A DNA stretch of 64,000 bases. Origin: Bugula neritina. Lineage: Eukaryota; Animalia; Bryozoa. The stretch is from positions 22,381,504-22,445,503 of the forward strand of contig OZ037765.1 of assembly GCA_964035545.1 (NCBI GenBank), given 5' to 3'. Below, in pieces: positions 41,301-50,986 of the stretch (the first letter of the stretch is position 1; each line of letters starts with the position of its first letter). The notes under the pieces were generated by a model that made no database searches, was not told where the DNA came from, and saw only the letters and a program-made list of their open reading frames with translations. Made by a program: the position numbers and the translations under genes.

Positions 41301-44300
41301 CTTACTCAATTTCGTACACACTATATATCTGTAGTTCTTTACTATTTTTACAGTTTAGCAGCTAGTGCATGTAGTTTCCTGCATTAAACCCATAGAATAT
41401 TAACAAACATAGCTGAATAATCAGATTTTTATAGATTTGCTTGATTTTCTGCTTTTTCCTAAATTTACTAAAAAATTAGAAAAAACATAGAAAATCAAGC
41501 AAAACTATAAAAATCTGATTATTCAGCTGTGTTTGTTAATATTCTATGGGTTTAATGTGGGAAACTATATGCACTAGCTGCTAAACTGTAAAAATAGACA
41601 AGAACTAGAGAGAGATATGGTGTGCACGAAATTAAGTAAATTAACCCATCTGCAGTAATATGTCATTCATGTGTCATTCTTCTGCAAACCAATGGATGTT
41701 AAGACAGGAAACATCTTCACATGTGCGGTGATTTGTTTGTTATGGCTTCCCATTGCGTTTCATAAAAAGTCCCTGCGAATTAGAGGAAATTGTGCAACAG
41801 AGATTTAGGGAAACCTTTCGGTAGTCTGATATCTGACATTAATGTCAGATATTTATGTCAATAATTTGGTTAGCTGTTTAGTTCTCATGCTCCTCAGCAG
41901 GACCTTATTGTGTGGGCTCTAAACATGTGAAATAGTGTATTGGGAAAATGTGCTTGGTGGACATTGGCAAATCGGTTGCGTTACAAGCGTAGGCAGAAGC
42001 TGTAGAATTTTTAAATGCTAGCTCCTATGCAAACGTGAATAATAAACACAACTGCTGCGTTCTAAAAATGTGATGTGTTGCAATAGTATGTGAAACGAGG
42101 CAGTGTTGCACTTTACAGACCGAGATGAAGAAATTGAAGGAGTGCAGGCCAGATACAGTGTCAGCTGAAGATCATGCCCTACTCAAAGACAAAGTTAGAG
42201 ACTTAGAAACTTGTCTTCACGAGATGCAAGAAGAGTTTGAGGAGGTGAGAAGTTGATGGAACATAAACCATTGTGTGGCAACTCCGCCTAGTCTATTTGT
42301 TTACATTGTGGCAATTCTGGCCAATCAGAATTAACTGATGTTAATTCATGTTTCATAATTTTTCAACATGCAAATAACAATTGTGACAAATTTGACATGC
42401 TAGCTCACTAATATAAATTCAAGCTTGAGTTTTAGTTGCAAAATTTCCATGTTTATTGTTTAGAATACAAAAAATGGTTGCAAACTTAAGTTTTAAATTT
42501 GAGTAGAAGTTTCTATTTTGACGTAATAAGGGCTGTGCCATTATTCAACTTCCTCATTTGAAATATTTTACCTTTACTGTTCTGCTTGGCATTTCTATAA
42601 ATAATTATTTGACAGGTTTAATCTATTTTTAATGTTCCCTATGAATGAGGTCTTTTTGGCAAAAAATTTAATTTGGCACATTATAGTCTATAAATACCCA
42701 TTAAGTTATACAATTAAAAAATTCAATTCAGTTTATTACTGTAATTGTATTAGACAGTATTCTCTTGATTAATGTGGTATTTAGTATATACAAGCATTAT
42801 TACATTCACAGGAATTGTATCAAGAACGAAGGGTGCATCTCGCTGAACTAGATAAAGCCAGAAGTGAACTCTTGAAAGTTATATCTAAAGCTGATAAAGC
42901 AGAGCTGACCACTGAAGACCAAAATCAACAGTATGAGGCCGTCATTAGAAAATTGAAGGTTCATATTGCTTTGTTATATATATTCGTGTGTGTATATATA
43001 GAAATATAAGCGGTGTTGGTAATAATTGAAATAAAAGAAATTTTTTGATAACAAACTAAGTATTTAATAACATAATTTTGTTTGTGCCACAATGTTATTC
43101 TTTACATTAGCTTTATATTACAAATAATTGCTCTCTTACAGTGTGCTCTGTTGAAATGTAATTCTGTTTTATCATATATTGCTTTGCAATCTCAGATTAA
43201 TCTATTTTTAATTAATTTCTAAAGTCAAGTATTTATTGAGTTGAGCACCTTTTACTTTTCCCACTGTTAGGAACCAACACTAAAACTTACCTACTGCCAT
43301 ATTCTACAATAATGACAACATAAAAAAGTGTTGCATAAATAACCTGGAATTATTTTTTGATGAAACAATTTTGATCTGCTGTGTCACAGCATTAATTTTC
43401 ATGGAGCACCTATATTTATTGTCAAACTTTCTTTTAATATAAGAAGTACCAATTGGTAGAAAATCTTTAAAGGTGAGGAAAAATACTGAAATAAGATCTA
43501 TGCTATCAAGAAAATTGTCTATAAAAGTTGTAAAAAAAACAAATTAAGGCTGATATTTTTGAAAAGGTAAAATACTCTTTCAATCAGGGGTTCTCACAGG
43601 AATAGCGACTATAAACCTACATGAGTTTTTTATTTGTGCAGGCCGAACAAGCTTCGCTCCAGCAGTGGATTGATGACATTCGGGAAGCACATCATGATGA
43701 AATGGATGCGCTACAACACGAGCGAGACGCGGCTTTGGCAGACGAAGTGATGGCCACACAGTCGTCACTGGAGGCCATGCAGTCTGCTCACTCCATTGAG
43801 CTGCAGCAAGAGAGAGCTAAGTATAAAGAGATGGAGAATAAAGCGAATAGACTGGCTCAAGTTGAAAGAGATCTCCTCTTGCAATCGTAAGTTTCATCTG
43901 ACTGAGACATTTTGAAGTACGCTGAACGGTATGCTCAATTTAGTACGTAATGCATGCACGCATTGTACTGTTGTTTGTAAAGTACTGTTGTGTGTAGAGC
44001 ACTGTTGCATATAAAGGGCTGTTGTATTTAGAGTACTGTTGTATGTAAAGTACTGTTGTGTGTAGAGTACTGTTGCATATAAAGGGCTGTTGTATTTAGA
44101 GTACTGTTGTATGTAAAGTACTGTTGTGTGTAGAGTACTGTTGCATATAAAGGGCTGTTGTGTGTAGAGTACTGTTGTATGTATAGTACTGTTGTATGTA
44201 GAGTACTGTTGTGTGTAGAGTACTGTTGTGTGTAGAGTACTGTGGTATGTAGAGTACTGTTGTACGTAGAGTACTGTTGTGCGTAGAGTACTGTTGTGTG

Positions 44301-47300
44301 TAGAGTACTGTTGTAAGTAAAGTACTGTTGTGTGTAGAGTACCATTGCATGCTAATGTGTGGTTATTTCTTGAGCCATATTTTTGTGTGAACATTGCCAG
44401 CACCCAGTCGTTGCATTTTGAATATTTAATTAGCAACTATTTAAGCAGTTAATATTATTTTTTTGTTTCAAGTTTCATTCCTTTAATTAATTACTGTGAT
44501 GAGTGAACTCATTATGACTATCAATGTTTCCATATAGAAATGCTGTGGGCTGCACACGCCTACAATTGTATCTATGATAGCATAGTAGGTGCTGAGTTGC
44601 ATTGCAGGTAGTCTCTGCCACTTGCTAGTTTGCTTATACCCGTAGGCTGTGTGTTGACAACAAGGGTGTTGCTATGCAAAGCTCTATGTACAAAGTAGTG
44701 AAGGAGTCTATGTTGGTGGACCAGCTTTTGAAGATTAAGTTGAATGGAATTCAATTGTTGAAATAGAATTCTAAAACATATGCTTAAGATTGCTAATTTA
44801 ACTTGTCTGTTCGCTCTGGTAACTGTAGTAGATTTATCTGTTCCACAGTAACATTAGCAGCAGCGATTCTGTTCATCCATGCATTTGCAGAAATGTATTG
44901 GAATTTCTCAGCCTAGTGTTAGTTGATTGGATGTTGCATGTTTGATGTGTTGATTTATTGTTACCTTCATGCATATACAGTCACACTATGTATTTCCGGT
45001 ATCACTTCATATTTCAATACCCTAGACAGTGTCTGGTGGTGCAGAATGTGTCCAGCACTGCTAGAACGTCTAGGCTAATCAATTTCTCTCACCAGGTTCA
45101 AGTACTGGTGGATGTCAAAAGCTATCTATATTCTTAGTTGACATTTCTGAACACAGCGAAGGGACTTTCCCGTTTAATGCTGGTGAATCACAGGAGATTT
45201 TAACCTACTTTTCAGTGTAACTCTTACAAATAAAAGCACGGTTAGGCCTGCACATTTTCTATCTGGACACTAGTTACAAATAGATGTTACGTCAAACAAA
45301 TGAGTATTGGTGTGGTAATTGACGAAATGTCTGTCTGTCCGGCCCTATGCTGAGAATAGTCTAGTTTGTCATTATTCCTAAATAATATGTCATTTTGTAG
45401 GCGTGAAAATGAAAACAAAGATAAGCGAATTATAAGCCTGGAAAATAAAATTTCATCTGCCAATAAAAAGTTAGCAAAGATAGAAATGAGCTCAGCCAAT
45501 AACAATAATATTGTTGATGAGATGAAAATTCTAAACCACAAACTAGCCGAAAAAAACAAGCTGCTCGTAGACAAATTCTCTCAAGAAGTTTCCAAGTTGA
45601 GCTCCTCTGAAAAACCAAAGTCTGATGGTCAGCACACGGCTTTGAAATCTCAGGTAGTGGATCCTATGAACCCCCTCTCCCCTCCCCCCCGGCCTGCATG
45701 TCCTGCCTTGTAACACATACAGATCTAGAGTTTTTATATCTCTTCTTTTTTTTGTACGGAGTGAGAATGGCATTAGCACCAAGGTTGTTACTGCCTCAAC
45801 TTAAACATCATTTTGGCTGTCATCAGAATTCCTGCATTAATTAGATAACCTTGGCGATTCTATTTATAAACTCATACAATGACCAGGATTTGTCTTAAAT
45901 TAACATTTTAAGTAACCAAGTAGAACTGTGTCCAGTGCATGTGACGTTTGAAAAGTGTAGTATATTGTTACCATGTTTAGTACTACAGAGTTGGTTTAAT
46001 GAAAGGTAATCAAGGTGTCTCTTGTATTTACTGGGCATGTTGATGTAGATTGAGGGGCTGAAAGAGGAGCTTAAACTAGAGCAACTGAATAAGAGGCAAC
46101 TCGAGGAGCAGATTGTTTCTCTCCAAGCCGATTTCCAACATCAGCTTTTGCTGAAAGAAGAAGATGTGAAAATTGAGTCTTCTTCGTCTGAAGAGCTGCT
46201 GAAACAGCGCAAATCCACAGGTTGGTTAACCGTGTAGTAATTCTTGTCATGTGGGTGACACGACATTTCGAAAATGACAAGTGGAAAACACCTATTTGGA
46301 AAATGGACAATTAGAAAATGTACAATTGGAAAATAAACATTTGGAAAATGAAAAATATTCAACATGGTCTAGTCCTGAGAGGTTGTCCGGCATCTGGTCA
46401 ATTCCAAAATAGCTTTTAAAAATAAATATAATGGCCGAATCAGTTAAGCTATCACGAAAGTAGAATTAGTTACCGAGTAGTTCTAATTTACAATTGTTCA
46501 CATTTACAAAAAGCTTTTTGAACTCGACTAGATACTAAATGCCCCCTCTGGACTAGGCCATCTTGAATATTCTTCATTTTCCAAATGTCATTTTTCAAAT
46601 ATCTATTTTCCAATTGTCCATTTTCTAATTGTCCATTTTTCAAATGTGTTTCCAATTGTCATTTTCGAAATGTCGTGTCACCAAATGCACTGTCTGCTAT
46701 GATCGGTGGTTTTCTACCTGTCGAAGCGTGGATGTTGCTGTTAATATATTCAGTTCCCATCTGTAAGTTGTCCATGTTGCTCAGTTCAATAAAGGGTTGG
46801 TTATGTTGGATGTAGCTCAAACCTCAAGTTCCAAGTCAAGCTCTTCAGCAGGCGAGTCTCCCTCAAAACCTACCAGCAGCTCGCCTTCAAAAAGTGGAGG
46901 TAGAACACCTACAGGCGGAGCAAGCAGTTCCTCTAGCAGAATTTCCGGAAAGGCTGCTACAAGGTCTATACCTCGCTCTACCGAGAAGACAACTTCTTCG
47001 CCTAAAAAAGAGGTTGATAAAGCTTATGGTGAGGCCCACATTTAATGATCTAAATGAAAAATGAGTAGTTTTTATGTTCCCATGTAGATTGTAATCTAAT
47101 TTGTGATGTATATTTAGTATTTCTTTTTCATATAATCAACGAGCTGGATTTGCAGCAGAGTTTTTTGATCAATCATATTGTGATATTTTGTTTTCATTTT
47201 TGTGTGTTTAGATAGAAGGCATCCAATGCAGACCCAGGTACAAATGAAATTGAACTTTTTAACGTTAACAGGATATTCGAGTTAATGTTTGGTTGTTTGG

Positions 47301-48687
47301 TTAAGTTTTCCTGAATGGGTTTAATTCATGGCTGTTTGCAATTAAACACACCAACTACTGCATGCATATTATTTGTTGTTGAAATTAATGCATTATGTTT
47401 TATGTCTTTCTTCACTTCTCTATCGGAACCCAAGTTTTGGCTACACATGCCTGTGACATTACTTTGATTTATGCTTGAGATATTGGACTGTTGTATTATG
47501 ATAATGAAACAAAAGTTTACTTCAGTATTTTAAATTCCTCAATATCTAGGGTCATCACATTTTACACACAGCTACATTTTTGTCTTGGCATTGATCCAGT
47601 GATCTATTATATTATAGCCTATTTTTAAAATTCAATTGTAAAAATTGATAAAACTCTATAATTAATTTTGACAAAAAAAATATTTTTGCTGCCTGATCAC
47701 CATATTCTAGTTCTTTAAATAGGGTAAGGTGATGGTGTTTGAAATAATGCTGGCTGATGGTGTGCTCACATCAGTTGAACACACCTGTTGCTGTATGCCA
47801 GTAGTTAGCTAATAGAATGCTGTGTAGCAATGAGCTTCCACACACATGCTTAGAATAATGTGTTTGCAGAGGGTGTGGGGCATGTTTGTCATTTATTTCC
47901 TTACTTGGAATTGCATTTATTAAGGAATCAGTAAGAGAAATAATGGTAGAGGCTGCTTGGTTTAGCTCTGCAAAACTATTTGAGGCCCCATGGTTTTTGA
48001 ATAGCATGATTATGTGTGCAGCATGTTTTTTTGGCTAGTCACATTTGTTTCTATCACATAGCCTTGTTCCAGCTTCTTCTATTATATCAGTTTGTATATT
48101 TTGTGTTAAGCAACTTCCCTAACACATTATATTCTCTTTATTATGTCACCTTGTTCTCTAATTATACTAAATTGCATAGTTGAGTAATTACCTGCTTTAT
48201 ACACACGCCAGTCTGTTGTGATTTGTTCTCAAGTTGTTGCTTCTTGAGTGAATTTAATTAAATACAACTTTGTATTAATCTTGTTTTAAAAAATAGTCTT
48301 GTTTTTCTTATTACTGCAATATGCTATCCGGTATATAAATTAATATATCTAGTGATTCAACAGTTTTTGTCAACGGTTTTTATTGTCATTTAAATGCCAC
48401 CCACTTTACAAATTTTATTTTTGTTAAAACTCCCAGTATTTGGTGTGAATCTTGTCAGTTTTATTTGCAACTGAAGTATTTCTCTCTCGTGTTGTGTAGA
48501 TCTGAGCCGCTCTAAGAGTACCCCAGTGGTGGATAAGAGTGTTAGGGTTACTGCTAATCGGCGGCTATCAAACTCTGCGGAACCTCATCGCTCCATACCC
48601 GTACTCGACACTAATGATAGGGGTTTTATCAAATATCAGAAATCAGGAGGCATTCCGTTGGCAACAAGGATGAGAAAATTTACTTAA
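20336..48687 (+). CDS. MPRIP: Myosin phosphatase Rho-interacting protein / outspread / TRIOBP-family protein (N-terminal Cys/His motif, two PH domains, long coiled coil), 31 coding exons, about 2226 aa
   Basis: Exons: 20336-20446, 22306-22386, 22618-22683, 23924-24078, 24445-24517, 25016-25063, 25938-26222, 27459-27669, 28807-29060, 30574-30828, 31299-31546, 32716-32830, 33067-33236, 34806-34932, 35458-35613, 35825-35971, 36189-36392, 36640-36831, 37016-37234, 37516-37831, 38126-39373, 39818-40098, 40439-40594, 41019-41237, 42119-42244, 42812-42958, 43642-43886, 45401-45653, 46049-46220, 46816-47028, 48500-48687 (TAA); 6681 nt, phases consistent. Family motifs: [28 protein letters not shown]; PH1 [36 protein letters not shown]; PH2 KGWL...WSKHWFVL...YYKDAKAE and [23 protein letters not shown]; [34 protein letters not shown]; C-terminal [11 protein letters not shown]...LATRMRKF. 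Low-complexity middle exons are less certain than domain exons. Confidence 0.92.
22306..24517 (+). other. PH domain 1 of the MPRIP-like gene (exons 2-5)
   Basis: [75 protein letters not shown]...[14 protein letters not shown]. These exons are too short to appear in the ORF track. Confidence 0.9.
30066..30398. repeat. Minisatellite, 32-bp unit ACTAGRGTATAGTGTATTATAYACAGTTATAT, about 10 copies, in MPRIP-like intron 9
   Basis: ACTAG recurs at 30067, 30100, 30132, 30168, 30200, 30232, 30264, 30296, 30328, 30360 and 30369. Confidence 0.95.
30574..31400 (+). other. PH domain 2 of the MPRIP-like gene (exons 10-11)
   Basis: ORFs 30529..30900 and 31275..31550 give RKGWLLVRQ...[18 protein letters not shown]...DGVIDV...NHGFRIK|[23 protein letters not shown]. 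Confidence 0.92.
35271..35303. repeat. (TG/CG)n microsatellite enclosed by a short inverted repeat (35258-35320)
   Basis: CGTGCGTGTGTGTGCGTGCGTGTGTGTGTGTG flanked by CTGAGCCCCATGAC and GTCATGGGCTCAG. Confidence 0.8.
41294..41646. mobile_element. Foldback/MITE-like element, about 350 bp, almost entirely palindromic (arms about 170 bp), in MPRIP-like intron 24
   Basis: The left arm ...CTATTTTTACAGTTTAGCAGCTAGTGCAT...ATTAAACCCATAGAATATTAACAAAC...AGCTGAATAATCAGATTTTTATAG...TTTGCTTGATTTTCT is the reverse complement of the right arm AGAAAATCAAGCAAA...CTATAAAAATCTGATTATTCAGCT...GTTTGTTAATATTCTATGGGTTTAAT...ATGCACTAGCTGCTAAACTGTAAAAATAG. The centre is near 41465-41475. No clear target-site duplication was found, so TE origin is inferred. 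Confidence 0.75.
43965..44350. repeat. Minisatellite, 17-bp unit GTACTGTTGTRTGTAGA, about 22 copies, with a partial 68-bp higher-order repeat, in MPRIP-like intron 27
   Basis: Direct reading of the tandem units. It explains the three overlapping repetitive minus-strand ORFs at 43894-44436. Confidence 0.95.
45030..45120 (+). mobile_element. Possible degenerate tRNA-derived SINE head
   Basis: A-box-like TGGTGCAGAATG (45037-45048) and a B-box/T-arm-like hairpin CACCAG-GTTCAAGTA-CTGGTG (45090-45110). No complete cloverleaf. Confidence 0.3.
46254..46682. mobile_element. Non-autonomous DNA transposon (MITE/foldback-like), 429 bp, long inverted termini built of about 15-bp subrepeats, in MPRIP-like intron 29
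   Basis: Terminal GGTGACACGACATTTCGAAAATGACAA at 46254 has its exact reverse complement ending at 46682. Subterminal tandem copies of approximately ATTTGGAAAATGGACA follow on both sides, then GAATATTC/AACATGGTCTAGTCC versus GGACTAGGCCATCTTGAATATTC, around a unique core of about 160 bp. Confidence 0.85.
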
Positions 48688-49084
48688 TTATTAAATTTTC
48701 ATATGATGTGACTCATAGCTTGTATTTTCGATGTTATTTTTATAGCATCACTGGTTACCCAGTTGTAATTTGCTTTATTCATAATGCATAGGCTTATAAT
48801 CATTAACCTTGATTTTTATGCATTTCTAATTATAAATTAATTGTTTTCAAATTTATTATTAGCTTTTCCAACGCTGCATACAATGTTGATACGAATCATT
48901 TTGGGAGAATTATTATTTATTAATATTGTATCTGTTTATAGCTGTATTTTATAAATTAGTGTTGTTGATACTATCATATTTATTTATGCCTGAACAAGAA
49001 TATTAATACTCTATCATAATGTTTGATCAAATCAGTTGAACTTGAAAGATAATTTTGATACAACTATTGTGACCTACAAATAGC

Positions 49085-49090
49085 AATAAA
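49085..49090 (+). terminator. Candidate poly(A) signal AATAAA for the MPRIP-like gene
   Basis: AATAAA about 400 nt after the stop at 48687. Confidence 0.4.
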
Positions 49091-50886
49091 ATATTATATT
49101 GTGCACATAGATAAAACTGTTTTTGCTTAAAAAATAATTTAGCCAATTAATTTTAATGTTGAGCATAATTACTTAATTATGAGCATTTAATGTAAATAAC
49201 TGCATCCCCTAATATTTAGTTGATTCAGTAAAGTGCTCTTTATAGCAGTTATACAGGTTTCATCATTTGTTTGGCAATCAATTAAATATCAATTATGATA
49301 CACTAAGAATGTATTTTAGTCTGGAAGACTAGAAGTATTATTGCTGTCCTTTGCACAACATATAATTTTTGTATTCTCCATGTCAATTATAACTACAACT
49401 TCTAAAAAATGAAAACAAATATGACTTGGCATAAAAATACGTTGATTTGGCGATAGCTGGGACAAATTTGGTTTTATCCAGCTTCGATTAATTTCATCAA
49501 TGCCTTGTAAAACATGGCTAAATGGGTATAAAAAACAAACCCTTCTTACTATAAAGGGCTAGAATTTCAAAGTGTGTCTTTACTTGGATTTTATTCTACC
49601 CATTTCATCTGCAAGACAAGATAAAGCCTAATACATGCATATGATGAGAGTTTTACTGTTGTAACATGGCCAACCTGCAGGTGAGAAAGAAAGTCTGGAT
49701 GGACTATGTCCTGCAAAATGACGCAAGCCAGTACTCGGGTACTGTGGATATGAATTTAGATTTTGCACAGTTCCGATCCATTCTACACTTTTATTTTTGA
49801 CTACCTATTGAATTAGTTTTATCTTTATGACAAACTTTTTTTGCTTTATATAAAATTGTACTAAAGTTGAAAATTCAACAAATTTTTAGTAATGTGATAG
49901 TTTATAAATATATATGCAATGAAAACTTTGATTTTTATCATAACTGGTTTAAACTTAACTTTTGATTATCATATGTTGCAATAATTGCATTTTAATTTTG
50001 TGTTTATTATGCTATAAATGATCTATGCTTGATACTGCACAAAATTTTGTTGATAAAATATATAAATAATATGAGATAACAGTAATTCATTAACATTTTA
50101 TTACTGCCATTATGAAAACGCTATTAGTGTAAATTTAATAGTGGCACACAGCTGCCAATCATTTTGCTGTTTTCATGATCATAAGTTTTTTAAAAAATAC
50201 ATTTTTACAATAAAAAGGCTAAGGTACCATTACAATGCGAATAAAGACATAACAAAATTATATTTCATTGTAGAACATGTTTGCTAATATTATGAGGACA
50301 ATTGTTGTTTACAAGTGAAAATAAAATCTAGAGGATCCCAAGAAATCCTTTTTAGAACATATAAAATTAATTTTAATAGAGTAGCAATGAATATGTAAAC
50401 AAAACTATACTTTGAAAAGTAAGTGGAAATATTTTTCTCGATTGCAGCTGAATAATAATGTAATAAATTCAAGTAGACTGCAAAAAACAACTATCAAATT
50501 TTTGACTAAATCTATTTACTTATCTACTTATAAGATCATTAAAAGTCATGCAAACCTAACTATTATTTATTGCAAAAGCATTCGCCTGATTATAATGATG
50601 TTTGAGCCAACAACAAAAAGATTACACGCAGGAAATTTTACAAATATACATATTTTGCAACTCTTATGTTAATAAATACATGTAATTTCTCTAATTTTGA
50701 CTAATATCAGATTTGGAAAGACTTTTAATCAGCATGAATGACCTTTGATATGTTACGAAAGAGAAGGATTACCTCAAGTCTGCAACAACTTAAGTTGTGT
50801 ATTACAACAAATGTCATGCTATTTGTGTCCCAGTCTAAAATCAGCATCTCCACAAATCCTAACAATTCATGCATCGCTGAATATAC

Positions 50887-50894
50887 TATATAAG
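50887..50894 (+). promoter_or_regulatory. Candidate TATA box of the P450 gene
   Basis: TATATAAG 100 nt upstream of the P450 ATG (50987). Confidence 0.35.
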
Positions 50895-50986
50895 CACAAG
50901 CACTAAACTATTTTGTATCATTTAAGAATAACAGAGCCAACATAGAACATCTACCACTGTGTTATTTTCAAGAATACTATTAGACT

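Noticed and set aside
43894-44436. Repetitive minus-strand ORFs ([16 protein letters not shown] repeats, up to 180 aa)
   Set aside because: Produced by the 17-bp minisatellite. The same peptide appears in all three frames, antisense within an intron.
45030-45120. Functional tRNA gene
   Set aside because: Only A/B-box-like motifs and a T-arm-like hairpin, with no acceptor stem or anticodon arm. Kept only as a low-confidence SINE head.
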